The notes under the pieces are model-generated. The model was not told the DNA's origin and ran no database searches. It worked only from the letters and a program-made list of their open reading frames with translations. A program made the position numbers and the translations under genes. DNA of 64,000 bases. Source: Azolla caroliniana (lineage: Eukaryota; Plantae; Polypodiophyta). How positions within the stretch are numbered: the stretch's first letter is position 1; each line of letters opens with the position of its first letter. Shown piece by piece: positions 48,800 to 62,172 of the stretch. The stretch is from the NCBI GenBank assembly GCA_043228905.1, contig JBHGNT010000015.1, forward strand, positions 8,432,001-8,496,000. Reading direction: 5' to 3'.

Positions 48800-51700
48800 C
48801 ACATGTCATTGAGTCCTAGCCTCTGCCCTTCTAGATTCTGGAGCCAACTCTTGTTTCATGGATCGTGAATTGGCCTTATCACAAAACATCCTATTGAATA
48901 AGCTTCCCATCCCAGTAGCCGTAGGAGTCATTGATGGACGTCCCATAGCATCAGGAGATATAGTCAAGGAGTTCGAGCCAATTAGGATAGTTCTTGGCAA
49001 TTTGGCAAGCATAATCTCTTTCAACATTATTTGTAGTCCGGAACACCCAATAGTTCTAGGTCTCCCCTGGTTTGAACTCCATAACCCGAAGATTGATTGG
49101 ATGAAAAGAACAATTGAGGAGACCCGGGAAAAAAGCACAAACCCCGCATCCCTCTCTCCTACATGTGATAATATATCCCCGGAGTTATCGCCCATCTCTT
49201 TACAACAGTTGCAGGAGGAAGGGGGGAACGAGGCCATGTTCATCTTCGCAATAATAGCAACTCTATCAGCCACTTCATGTGAAGCGGACATTACACTACC
49301 AGAGAAATACAAGGAGTTTTCAGATGTCTTTGATAAGGTGAAGGCCAATACATTGCCGGAGCATCAGCCATACGACTGCCCTATTGACTTACAACCAAGG
49401 AAAGAACCTCCATGGGGCCCAATTTATAATCTCTCCCCTGTAGAGCTAGAGACTTTGCGGGAATATATTGATGAGAATCTAGCAAACGGATTCATTCGGC
49501 ATTCTAGATCCCCTGCTGGTGCGCCTATCTTCTTCGTTAAGAAGAAGAATGGGACTCTTCGGTTGGTCGTGGATTATCGAGGGCTAAACAAAGTGACTAT
49601 CCGAAATAGATATGCTCTACCATTAATCTTGAATCTTTTGGAACGTCTTAGTGGTGCAAAATATTTCACGAATTTGGACCTTTGCGGGGCATATAATCTA
49701 GTTCGGATTCGCCCAGGGGATGAATGGAAGACAGCTTTCCGCACTCGCTATGGACATTTTGAGTATACAATGATGCCATTCGGTCTCACGAATGCACCTG
49801 CTGTTTTCCAACATATGGCGAACGATATTTTTCGAGATTTTCTTGATATCTTCACTATAGTTTACCTAGATGATATTTTAATCTACTCAAAGACCCAAGA
49901 GGAGCATGACGAACATGTTTGTCAAGTACTGCATCGACTCCGAGAATATGGTCTCTACACAAAATTAGAAAAGTGGAATTTTTGGGGTATGTTGTATCGT
50001 CAAATGGTATTGCTATGGACCCCATGAAGGTACAAGCAATTTTAGAGTGGCAAACGCCCCTTTCAGTGCGTGATGTGCAATGTTTTCTTGGGTTTACAAA
50101 TTTTTATCGAAAATTTATTAAAGATTATTCCAAGGTTGTGCTTCCGCTTACTCAGCTCACACATAAAGATCAACCATTTATATGGAGTTCAGATGCAGCC
50201 GAGGCATTCGAAAGCTTAAAACGAGCATTTACAACGGCACCTATCTTAGCACATGTCGACCCAACAAAACACTTCATCCTCGAAGCCGATGCATCCGATT
50301 TTGCACTAGGGAGTGTCCTCTCACAGACTGGAGATGATGGACAGCTACACCCTGTCGTCTTTCATTCACGAAAGTTTGAAGCTGCAGAGATCAACTACGA
50401 GATCCATGACAAAGAGCTTCTTGCAATTGTGGATTCGTTTCAACAATGGCGACATTTCCTAGAAGGTTCTTCTCAGCAGATCATTGTCTACAATGATCAT
50501 AAGAACCTGACTTATTTCCAAAATGCTCGAGTCTTGAGTCTTGTCAACAAGGCAAAGCAGATGCTCTTTCTCGGCGCTCTTATATGGAACTTCGTCCAGG
50601 GGAACCTGCATTTGAGCATCAAAAACAAATCCTTTTGGTTCCTAATTGATTATGATTAATGGTAGTTAACGCCATAACAACTCTTGAAAATTCCACTCTT
50701 CTTGATTCTATTCGAGATCATATGGCCACTGATGATTTCGCCAAGGATGTTTTGGATCATATCGTCCCGGATCGTGCTTCTTGCTCATGGTTGAAAAATC
50801 CTCGTAATGACTATTGTCAGTTCTATTGGCATGGTGGTTTTCTATTTCGACAAAATTTATTGTATGTTCCTGATGGTCCCCCAAGGCTACAAGTTTTGCA
50901 ACATTGCCATGACTCACCGATGGCTGGTCATTTTGGAGTTCACAAGACTCTAGAATTAATTTCTCGATGCTATTGGTGGCCTCGCCTTCGTCATTTTGTT
51001 GAGGAGTATGTTCGGAGCTGTGATATATGTTGTCGATCAAAGAATCCTCGTCACCGACCCTATGGCTTACTACAACCACTTCCCATTCCGGAAACTCCTT
51101 GGAAGTCTATATCCTTGGACTTCATTACTGATCTCCCAATTTCAAAAGGTTTTGATGCAATTCTCATAGTGGTTGATCAATTTACCAAAATGGCACATTT
51201 CTTGCCATGTACAAAGTTGATTACTAGTCAAGAGGCGGCTGATCTAGTTATGCGGGAGGTATTTAAGCATCATGGTCTGCCTGATGATATTATTAGTGAT
51301 CGTGGTCCACAATTCATCTCAAAGTTTTGGAAGCACGTGTTCAAACTTCTCCACATTTCAGTTAAGCTTTCTTCGGGCTATCATCCTGAAACAAATGGCC
51401 AAACAGAGCGTACCAACCAGACATTGGAAAAATATCTTCGTTGTTTCATCAACTATCAACAAGATGATTGGGTTGATTTTTTACACTTGGCGGAATTCGC
51501 TTACAACAACTCATCCCATTCTTCTACAGGATATTCCCCATTTTTCGCAAATAAGAGTTGTCATCCTCGGTGGACGATGAATACGCATCCAAAAGTTCCT
51601 ACTAACCCTGCTGCGGAGGATCTTCTTTGTCACCTCCAAGAAATTCAAGCTAACATTCTCCACAATTTGCACGATGCTCAATTTACACACAAGAGGCTTG

Positions 51701-52224
51701 CCGATCGTCATCGTCTAAACTCCTCAAAAAAGTTCCGCATTGGGGATCATGTATGGCTTCTCCAACACAACATCAAGACCACTCGACCTTGCAGTAAATT
51801 GGATTACCAATGTTTTGGCCCTTACATGATCACTGGTAAGATAAGTGATGTTGCATTTCGTCTTGACCTCCCTCCGCACATGCATCTTGATCCGGTGTTT
51901 CATGTATCCCTTTTGGAACCTTATACTACAAGTTCAATTCCGGGCCGTCTTACGACACCCCCACCACCTGTCGAGTTCTTGGACGGGCCTGAATTTGATG
52001 TTGTTGTCGTTCTCGATTCTAAAATCGTGCGCAACAAGCTGTATTACTTAGTCGATTGGCTTGGCTATACCCCCAATGATCGAACTTGGGAACCTGCCGC
52101 AAATCTTTCCAATGTTGCAAAACTCGTCAATGCATTTCATCGCCAATATCCTTGTAAAGCAGGTCCTAATACAAACCCTACAACACGTGAGACGTGTCGT
52201 CGAAGAAGGGGGATAGTGTCATGA
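48800..52224 (+). pseudogene. pol: Chromovirus pol: PR-RT-RH-INT-chromodomain, frameshifted
   Basis: ORFs 48858-50027, 49919-50659 and 50659-52224. Chromodomain YYLVDWLGYTPNDRTWEPAANL. Confidence 0.93.
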
Positions 52225-52678
52225 TAACACTCACATCATGCATCGAAAGGATCATGACACTCACATTATGACTCGAAAGGATTTGAACCCACGACCTTGT
52301 TGTACACATGTCAAATCCTTAACCATTTTATTAATATTCTTAAATGTATAGTCTCTAGAATATGAAATCTAATATCATAGGAATATTCTATATTACTCTA
52401 CATTCTAGAATGACCTAGAATATTCTAGAGTGTTCCATACCACAAGAACCTTCTAGAATACTCTAGAGATCTTCTAGATTACTCTACATTCTAGGATAAC
52501 CTAGAATATTCTAGAGTGTTCTCTATTACTTATAAATAGGGATCTACCACCCATCCCAAACCTAAATTGGTTCAACACCATCTCTTTGTAATCCATTTTA
52601 CGCTTCAATATAATAATTCTCTTTCAATTATCTCTCTATCTCTTTTTCTCTCTCTTTCTCTATCTCTCAGTCTTGACA
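52217..52678 (+). repeat. 3' LTR of the chromovirus
   Basis: TGTCATG...TCTTGACA. The first ~240 bp match 47228 onward. TATAAATA at 52531. Confidence 0.9.
52355..52522 (+). promoter_or_regulatory. Heat-shock-element-like nGAAn/nTTCn array upstream of the LTR TATA box
   Basis: Perfect AGAACCTTCTAGAAT at 52445-52459 plus repeated GAATATTCTAGA units. Confidence 0.55.
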
Positions 52679-52779
52679 CTCTGACGCTAAATCCTTCACT
52701 CCTTCCACATAACTCCAATATCCACTCCCAAGTAGGTATTGATGCATCTTGTAGGACCAAGATGCGTAGTTGCTCCTAT

Positions 52780-55700
52780 GGGACTATAAGTGATTCACGA
52801 TTGAAAGTAATGTTTTGGAATTGTAGAGGATATCCATGGAATAAGGGTTTAGGACTCAATGATGTAGCTCAAGGTATGGATATTATATTTTTGGCTGAAA
52901 CATGGGAGCATGATGCAAAACGTATACCTAAGATAGACGGTTACCTCATAAAATCGATATGGCCTCACTCCAAAGGGAATATTGGGCGTGTCGGGATAGC
53001 ATGTATTTACCATGAGAGCTTAGATAATTCTATTAGAGTATGCAAATATGATGACTATAAGAGATACATATGGATAGAGGTTAATTTGAGGAAAGAGAAG
53101 TTGTATATAGTTGCATGTTACATTCCTCACAAAGACTCAAACTACTATAGTAGGTTTGGGTTAGATTGTGATGAACCTTTTATAGAGTTATGCCATAATA
53201 TACTTTCATTTGAGAAGCTTGGTAAAGTTTTAATTATGGGAGACTTCAATGCAAGAGTTGGAAATTTCCAAAACGTGGAGACATTTGAAGAAAATGTAAT
53301 AGAACATTGTCTATTGCGTGACTCAAAGGATTGTGTCATGTCAAATTATGGAAAACTTTTGATACATATGCTAAATTGTACAAACTTGATTATCCTAAAT
53401 GTCATAAACACATTCCCATTGACAAATGTGCTCACATGTTTACCATCCTCGGGTGGAGGAAGTGTGGTTGATTACGCATTAATGTTGGCATGTGATCTAT
53501 CATTGGTGAATGTGTTTAAAGTTGGTTCTCTATCTCCGGCCTCAGACCACAAGCCATTGTACTTAGAGCTTGCAATTCCACATTCCACTAGATGTCGTGA
53601 AGTGAAAGACAAAAAGAGATGTATCATCTGACCTTGCTACGAAAAAGCTAAGATGTAAGCAAATGAAGTGGAGAACCATTTGTTAATTTTTTCTCTAAGC
53701 AACGATGTTAAAGAAAATTGACAACATTTGAAGGATATAATCCTTAAGGTTGGATATCAATGCTTTAAGAGACATGTGGGTGGGCATAAGGTGTGTGTAG
53801 TTTTCCATGTAATTCTTGGTTCGACGATGAATGTAAGATGTATCTCAAATGTTTTAAGTCCATAGAAGGGGGGAATGAAAAGATTGTTGCATGGCACATA
53901 TACAAGAAAGTAGTGAGGAGAAAGAAAAGAAGATATTTCCAAATGCAAGAGATGAAAAAGAAAAACTTGTTTAATCTCAAACCAAAATTACCATGGGGAC
54001 AACTCAAGGTTAAGAAAGAAGATGTGAAAGGTCACTTTACAAATGAAGAGATGCTAGACTATGTACAAAGGTTATATATGCATGACGGTGTGGCTCCTAT
54101 GGTTAAAAAAATTGAAACTCCATGCACTACATGTATTGATATTGATGATATCAATAAGGGAATAAAGAAGATGGCAAGTGAGAAAGCAGCAGATTCAACC
54201 TACGTCTCAAGTGAGCTTTTAAAATGGACAATGCCACCCACTCGTCATTGGATAATGACAATTTTAGAGCAAGCTATAAAACAAGGATTTCCAAATGATT
54301 GGATTATGAATTGGATTAAACCAATATAATTTTAAAGGCGGAGATAAGAATTAAGCAGCAAATTATCATACAATAATGGTGAGCTCAACTATTGCTAAAT
54401 TATATAGTACTATTATGGAGCAAAAGATAAGTACATGGGTTGAGAGTACAAGCAAAAGAGCACTTGGGCAAGCCGGATTTAGACCAAAACACTCCACCAT
54501 GGATCATTTGGTCACATTAAGAGTAATCATGGAAGAGAGTCGACTACAAAGAAAAACACTTTATTGTTGTTTTGTTGATTTCAAGAAAGCTTTTGATACC
54601 ATACCATGAAGTGGGCTTTGGAATAGAATGGTGGACATTGACATGCCATTAGAGTACCGAGTTGCGGTTGCATGCCTATATGAACAAGTTAAATGCCAAC
54701 TAAAAATGGATAGTGGATTCTCAAAGAGCTTTTTAAGTAACATGGGGGTCAAGCAAGGATGTCCACTATCACCCACACTCTTTGGTTTATGTATTGATAA
54801 ATTAGAAGAAGTGGTGAATAAGGTTGCAAGAGAAGAAGGATTGAATGGCCCCAATTTGATGCAACATGTTATCTTATTGCTTCTATATGCAGATGATGTG
54901 GTACTCTTCTCATATGATGTTGATAGTATGCAACATTTACTTGGGGTATTAGAAGAATTTTGCCATAGTAGTGGACTGGCAGTGAATGTGGAGAAAACAA
55001 AAATGATGGTAATGCAAACCATCCAACCTCATCATTACCCTATGCTCACATATAAAGGTGAACATATACACAATTTGTTAAAAGCTTTAAATATCTTGGT
55101 ATTGATGTACCCGCCACAAATAAATGGAGTGCATGCTTTGATTCTAGACTCCAAGCTGGTTCGAAATCATATTTACCTTTTGGAGAACCAATGCAACCAA
55201 AGAGATACTTGTGGATGGGAAGTAAAATTAATGTTGTTCAATGCCATGGTAACTCAAGTATTGCTTTAGAAGTATGGGGTGGCACCATCTCTCTTAATGC
55301 ATAGAACGAGATTGAGAAAATTCAAAAGATGTTTTCAAGGAGGCAATTAGGAGTTAAATGCACTACCTCTTACCAGGTTATGCTCTTAGAAATAGGTGTT
55401 CGACCCATAGAACTATTGGCACTCCAAAGAGTATATAAATACATTACAAAAGTCAAGAATATGCCGAATCATCGATTACCACATCTTTCTTGGAATGTTG
55501 GATGTAAGCTACAAAAGAATCATAAAAGTAAGATTCTCTCATATGGTTGGGTTGTTGACATAAATAAATGGTTTAGAAGATGGGGTGTGGATGATCTTTT
55601 AGAGCTTTCAGGCAATGCTATGCAATATGTAATGATTGAGGAAAGGTTGGTGGAATCATTAAGGATGAAGTGGGAGGATGCTAAGAGGACAAAGTTAGAA

Positions 55701-56204
55701 TACTACATTGCAAATGTCAACCCTGAATGTTGGTCTCAATATAAAGAAAGAATGTCTATTGATCGTATCCAACCTTATCTCATTACCAATATGAGTAGCA
55801 ATGCTCGTAGAGCCCTTACACTACTTCGCACTCGATCTCACAAGTTAGGTATTGAAGTTGCATCATGGTATCAAAATGTAATGAATTTGAAGACATGTAA
55901 AGTATGCAATGAAGGCATGGTAGAGGATGAATGTGACCTACTCTTCACATGGTCGACATATAGTGCAATTCGTTCAAGATATGTTGACATACTAAGAGGG
56001 AGTGATAACTTAAGACCCATACTTAAGACACCACCTAGAAGGTTGAGTTTATATGTGTATGCTTTATTAACACATAGACTTTTTGTGCTTCAACATATGA
56101 ATACCCCTTCTTAGGAAGACATATATCAAGAACACGTGTATACTCTGGTCCCATAGGTCAAAATTGGCCTCTTTATGGACGATAAAAATACTAATTCTAA
56201 TTAT
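52780..56204 (+). mobile_element. Non-LTR retrotransposon (LINE) with APE endonuclease and RT, decayed and 5'-truncated (RTE/RTEX-like, tentative)
   Basis: MFWNCRG, LAETW, MGDFNAR, SDHKPL, QAGFR, FVDFKKAFD, GVKQGCPLSPTLF, LLYADD and C-terminal RSHKLGIE..CKVC..VEDE. Confidence 0.92.
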
Positions 56205-56322
56205 GTTGGAAGCAAGCTACCCATACCCCTATCCATGTTCCTATTGTTCTAGAAGACAAAAACTTGTCCTTGACTTCCGAGCTATTGGATTCCATTCTTC
56301 TAACCCTTGTGCTCTGATACCA

Positions 56323-56766
56323 TGTAAAGAATTACGTGCGGAAGCGTATTCGAAGGACACAGAGTACACAGTCGGTTATCCGGGAATATCAATAGTTAGG
56401 TATACACAGAGTGAGTGAGAGAGAGAGACTAAGTGAGTAGACAGACAAAAACTTTTATTACTTAATGCTCAACTACATATAGTGTGCTTAATGAGAACTT
56501 TTTATACCAGCCCTGACAAGGGGGGGTTGCACAAGTACTCGTAGTACTTTAAGGCTCATGACTGAGCCTGACACTAACTAACTATAATATTCCTAGGCCC
56601 CTAACGGCTTGTCGAATTCCATCCAATTCGGCATAGCCAATCGGTCTCCATCTGATCCGGCTTTGGCTTCTTCAGTTGATTCGGTTCTCGTCTGATCTGG
56701 TCCTAACCGATCCGGTTCTCGGCTTCTTGAGCCAATATGTCCCAAGTTGAGGTTGCTCACTCAACA
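56323..56766 (-). repeat. 5' LTR of the Copia hosting the chromovirus and LINE
   Basis: TG/CA termini next to the PBS. Homologous to the 44490 LTR. Confidence 0.88.
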
Positions 56767-57627
56767 AATGTGCCATGACATGTCACTAAGTTTCATCTTG
56801 TACCCGTCTTCGGCTAACATGCCGATGGAGACCAAACTCCTTGTGAGATCGGGTACATGTCGGACATGATGTAGGGTGATCAAGCTTCCATTCGGTAGCT
56901 GAATGGGGATTTCGCCAATTCCAACGATTTTACATTCCTGTGCATTGCCAAGTTGGACCCAAGCCATCGGCTCCGGCCAAATAGTCTGAAAACCATTTGC
57001 GATGGGGGGTCACGTGAAATATGGCGCTTGAGTCGAACAAGCACGTTTGTGCATCTTGTGCACTGTGCAGGATCTCTCCAAGTGATGATTCTTCAAGTGA
57101 GAAAAATTCTCCTGATCGGGATTCAGCAACATTAATTTGGTTGCCAGATGGGAGACGATTGGATTCCGAAGAGCTTGCATCCCGATCAAATTTATGACCA
57201 GTCCCCTTCCTATTTTACGACCAACAGTCGGCAACGTTGTGTCTGACCTTCCTGCAATGTGTAGTAGGCATTCAGCTTCATGTTCCACGGCTTCAAACGT
57301 TGTTGGTTGTTTCTCCTCCTTGTCTAGCTTTGGCTTTGGCATGTTCCCTGAGTCGTATCTGCCGAAAAATGAGCTTTGGCATTATCATCAACAGAGAATG
57401 CCATTGATTTTCTTTGAAGATCTTCCGAGAGTATCTGTCTGATCGCTTCATTGTGTTAGCTTTGTTGAGCTATTTGAGATCATTCTCCAGAATACTTAGA
57501 GAAGTGTAAGGGTTTTGATTTCTTCTTCGAAGTTGAATCCTTGTGAGGAGAGCTTGGTTAGTACCTGGCTAAAGGTGTTGATCTAGGAGGTCGCCGACTC
57601 TGTTTCTTTCATCTTAATATTGAATAG
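56767..57627 (-). pseudogene. Copia gag/protease fragment of another family
   Basis: VQLGNAQECKIVGIG...LHHVRHVPDLTRSLVSIG. Confidence 0.7.
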
Positions 57628-59846
57628 TGTTGAACGGACAAGCTCAACATGGAGTGTGTACTGATAGGCTATTAGAGGCCTACGATCCTAGCCTAGTAGA
57701 TAGACATATTCTTAGGAGTTAGTGTCAGAGCTCAGTTATGAGCACTGATATACTTGCCAGTACTTCTGTCAATCCTTTTAAGGACTTGTATAAAAATGCT
57801 CTGTAAGCACATTATATGTACATAGTGTTTATAGATTATTGAGTATTTTGAATAGAGTTTTTTTTTTGTTCTGCTCTCTTTGTCTCTCCCGCGTACTCTC
57901 TGTGTGTTTCAAGCTTTCCATTAAACCTACATATACTCTCTGTTTCTATCTAGCTGGGCCGGTTGTGTCTAGGAGCTTCCACACGTAACTCTTTACATGG
58001 TATCAGAGCGCAATGGTTGAGAATTCTCTGTTGCCGACAGAAAGAGCTTAGACAGACCAAGACCAAGCTTTCGGTAAAGAACAGAAAGAAAGAAGGAAAG
58101 AATGGACAGAAGCATGGCAAGCTCGCTTCCTAAAGAAAAGATCGACCGGAGCACGTACGCATCCTGGTCGTACAAGATGCACAGTACCTATTGGGACATG
58201 GCTACTAGAGTTACGTAGAAGGAGCAAATGAAGTAGCACCAGAGCCGACACACAAGGACTTCCCGGTATGGGAACAAGCAACGAGTAGAGTGTTGTATTG
58301 CCTCACGCCCTGTGTACACGATCAAATGCTCGGCTACATTAGAGACGCGAAAACGCCGAAGGAAGCCTGGGAAAATCTCAAAAAGATTTTCCCCACCAGT
58401 ACCACAGCTCGGAAGTTGCAGCTCCGGCAAGAGCACAACAACATCCAGTAAAGCGACATGTCGGTCACCGACTACACCACAAAAATCAAGGAGAATTGTG
58501 ATGCACTAGGGTCCATCAATGTGACGGTGGACGAAGACGAGATGGTGCAGATTTGCCTCGGTGGTCTAGCACAGAGGTACGGGTCAATCTGGATGGTGAT
58601 ATGCACGGGGGAGAAGCCACCGTCCTTTTTCAACTTGCAATCGATGTTGATGGTCAATGAAAACCACGTGAGTGGATCGAGGACCACTCAATCGCACAAC
58701 CGATGTTTTATACGAAGGTGGATCGGTCCCCTGGGCGTGGCGAACGAGGTGGATCGGCATGCAACGGAGGTGGCCGACAAGAGTAGGAAATGCGGCACAA
58801 AGGTGGTACCGACATCAGTTCCAAGCCATCCACGAGTAGGGGGAGTCAAAGCGGTGCCGGAAACTGCCAAGGAAAGGCCGACACGGAATGCTGGTATTAT
58901 GGCAAGAAAGGCCACAAGGAGGGCGATTGCTGGAAGAAATGTGCCGATTCGGACAAATCCGGATCCGACAAAGTTGAACATGGGAATCCGCAAAGGTCGC
59001 ACTACACTAAAGGATCAGAAGGATCCGGAACAAGAAAACCCGAAAAAGGGCTAGCCTTCGTGATGTAGCACAAGGAAAACTCAATGAAGAACACCACCTC
59101 ACAATCGGATGAGGTATGATATGCTGACTTTGGAGCATCAAATCATATGACAAGCCATGAAGAATGGTTCTCATATCTAGAGAAACGGGAGCAACCATGA
59201 GTGGTCGAAACCGAAGACAACACTACGCACCCAATCGAACATGTCGGTGAAGTCCCCCTCAATCATGTCGGACAAAATGGGAAGCTCATGAACGTGTCAC
59301 ACGTCCCAACATTAACAAAGAACCTAGTGTCGGTCGGCGAGATCATCGACCAAGGATTTCAAGTTTGATTCACCCATGTCGCGTGCTTCATCGAGGAAGA
59401 GGACGAGTTTATTGCACAAGGGCGCTAGGACGGGAGGATGTTCATCCTCGACACCAATGACGTTGGCACCGCTTTGTTTGCGAAAGGAAAGAAATTAGAG
59501 TCGGATATAAACTTATGGTACAAGCAGATCGGCCACCTCAATTACCAGAGGTCGTATTCGGATTGCTGAAATTTAGTGGCCGGAAGGCCCAAATTTGTGA
59601 AGCCTGCCAACTTGGGAAGCAACACCAACTTCCATTCCCCAACGACCGAAACTTGAGCCAGAACAAGCCCGACTTGATACATTCGGATGTATGAGGATTG
59701 GCACAGAATGTGAGTCTTGGCGGGAGTCGATATTTTGTCTCTTTCATTGATGCCTACAACCGGCACAAATGGATCTACCTCATCGAGACGAAAAGTGAAG
59801 TCTTCGACTGTTTCCGGAACCTGAAAAGCCTTGTCAAAAGAGAAAT
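57628..59846 (+). mobile_element. Copia (dominant family) 5' half: LTR 57628-57997, PBS-Met 57998-58009, gag, PR and INT start
   Basis: TGTTGAA...TTTACA followed by TGGTATCAGAGC. YASWSYKMH, CWYYGKKGHKEGDC and SRYFVSFID. Confidence 0.9.
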
Positions 59847-60941
59847 TGTTAAGCGATCGGATCACACTGCGATCAGTAATGAAGAAGAGTGCATCGACAA
59901 GGACGTAGTATGGTTAAAGGACCTACGAAGACGGAATGGCAAGAGGAAAGAGGACTAAGGGACATCCAAGTGTGAAAGGTCTACACCCTAATTGTAAATG
60001 CTATATAAACCACATAGTGGTGGCTTTGTAATGGTTCTCCCATTTGTAAAGATCTCCCTAGTGATTAAGAGCTAGAGCTTCCTCTCCTCCTTCTTGTAAC
60101 CTTTAAGCTTAAGAGAGATTAGTGAAGTGTTTAGTTAGAGAACACTAATCTCTCTTCCTTGCTGGTGTTAGACCTCTTAGCAAAGAGGGTTAATAAACAT
60201 AACCGTTATTCTTGTTGTCTATATTCATTAACCTATTGTCTATGAGAGCGAGCTTGAGAGAGTGAGAGAGATATCGTGCTAATAATCTATTAATCGTTAA
60301 GTGAGTATGAGGCTCGGAGGTGAAATATCACGACAAAGGCCTCCCCGCGACTACACATAAGAGACGGAAATCCAAAAAAAATGCATCCACGCAGGCCTCA
60401 AAGCAAGATCAAGAACTAGAGGAAGACATAGAAACAATACCCATGAACCCTAACCAAGAGTTGTCAACACACCTAGCAGCATAGACAAACCTAGTGGGTG
60501 AAAAACAAAAGGTCGAAGAGTACATCAAACTCATACGACACGAACAATACAAAAGATTGCTTAGTCTCCCGAGCCTAAACTTCGAACATCTCGAAGAATG
60601 GGTAAATCCTCCACCCCAACACAGGGATACACCCCCCCTCGTTGTAACACCAATCGACACCCCAATCAAAGAGGTCAACACAACCCTACTCTAGCAAATA
60701 TTAAATTTAAAATTACGACTCACATTACGTGAAGTACAGAGCTACACCGGCACCTTCGTGACCGACAACCCCCAACTACGACCTATACTCGCCAAGGAAA
60801 TATAGTTCACACTCGAAGAGCTCCTCAAACTCGACATCCAACCATGGCCTGACACCATTCGCCACCTCAATGGAGGCCTATCAACAGGTTATGGAGAGAA
60901 GATACGCACCCACATTCCTCATACGACTACAGTCCCCAAAC

Positions 60942-61568
60942 TGATAGGAATACGGTTTCCTAAGCTATGCTTGGCCACAACCGAAATGTCGGATCAATCA
61001 CAGAAAACAGGGATGTGGTGAGATGTTTCTGCACACGAAACAGTAAAGAAGAGAGTGCACTAGATGTTAACGTGGAAAACCCAAATCTGGGAAAAAACCA
61101 CGGCAGCCCTCAGACTGCAAAAGATCACTATATCAAGATTACAACAATGGGGCACAGAGGCAACGACCTCTTGCTCCCTCGCTTCGCCACCAGGCACTTA
61201 CAACAGAGGGAATGACCTCTTCCTCTCTCTCTCTCTCTCTCTTCTCTGTACGTAGTTGCGCTCTAAATTATCGCCACAATGATAATAATACAACCAACTC
61301 TACCACATTACTATTAAGTTTTCCCTAGGTCATATTTATACTAATATGACTTTCGGGTTATTTACAAATATAGCCCCGGTGGGCTCTCTGGAACATATTT
61401 ACATATATGTCCCTTCCATCCGATGAGAGGTTCTCACCGAGCCTGCAACATCCGGTTCTCACCAGGTCTTCCATTGCTGGGTACTCCACATCTGGATTCG
61501 GCCTCGGTCGAGTTGCTCATCAACACTGTTCTTCTCACTTCCCATCCGGAGGGACCTGTTTCCTAACA
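60942..61568 (-). mobile_element. Solo LTR, same family as 34853-35583
   Basis: TGATAGGAA...TTCCTAACA termini, perfect TSD CAAAC, shared internal sequence. Confidence 0.9.
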
Positions 61569-61590
61569 CAAACAACCCAAAGGAACACCG

Positions 61591-62172
61591 GTGGATATAT
61601 GTGAAGCTCACTTCGAGAGCGACGATACTAGTTTCACTATCCCTGTCTGTGTCAACGGCATGAGGTGTGACGCAATCATTGACACCGGAGCAGGGGTAAG
61701 TATAGTCAGCTATGAATGTTGGTGTAAGTGTGGGAGCCCACAAATGCTTCCTTCGGACGTCAAACTCCAAATGGCCGATGGGTCCATCCAATGGCCAGAA
61801 GGCATGATCCCTACGCACCACTTCACTATCCACGAGGTCAAGTTTAATCTCACGTTCGTTGTCACAAGATCATCCAATCATGTGGCTTACGAGTGTTTAC
61901 TTGGGAGACCATTCCTACGTGTAAGTTTCCTTGTGATGGATTTCAGGAACGATACAATCTATATGCGTAAAAACAACAAAACCTTTCGTATCAAAGCATA
62001 CACACAAAAAGTCCACAAACAAGAAGGCAACCCTCTCGTGGACGACTGGTCAGAAACCACCGAGTTTGAGACCAACCTCCTAGCATGTCACCCCAGAAAG
62101 GCAGTTCAAATCTTGGCTAGGGGTCAACCGTTTCCCCAAAAATCCACTAATCCTAGGGTAGGGAATGCGTGA
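61591..62172 (+). CDS. Retropepsin-like aspartic protease
   Basis: D-T-G active-site motif and LLGRPFL. Confidence 0.75.
   Translation: MDICEAHFESDDTSFTIPVCVNGMRCDAIIDTGAGVSIVSYECWCKCGSPQMLPSDVKLQMADGSIQWPEGMIPTHHFTIHEVKFNLTFVVTRSSNHVAYECLLGRPFLRVSFLVMDFRNDTIYMRKNNKTFRIKAYTQKVHKQEGNPLVDDWSETTEFETNLLACHPRKAVQILARGQPFPQKSTNPRVGNA

Larger units (their letters stand above)
47228..52678 (+). mobile_element. Ty3/Gypsy chromovirus (Tcn1-like) with a truncated 5' LTR
   Basis: LTRs 47228-~47465 and 52217-52678. PPT GAAGAAGGGGGATAG. Flanks CTAAG/CTCTG (degenerate TSD). gag, PR (LDSGA), RT (YLDD), RH, INT and chromodomain present. Confidence 0.93.
45776..56766 (-). mobile_element. Copia (dominant family) 5' half with 5' LTR 56323-56766, hosting a chromovirus and a LINE
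   Basis: PBS at 56311-56322. Gag pieces at 46500-47222, 52684-52779 and 56205-56240 join up. INT motif LIHSDVWG near 45900. Confidence 0.85.

Noticed and set aside
52567-52790. Hydrophobic N-terminal extension or signal peptide on the LINE endonuclease ORF
   Set aside because: It is chance read-through across the LTR CT tract and antisense Copia gag.
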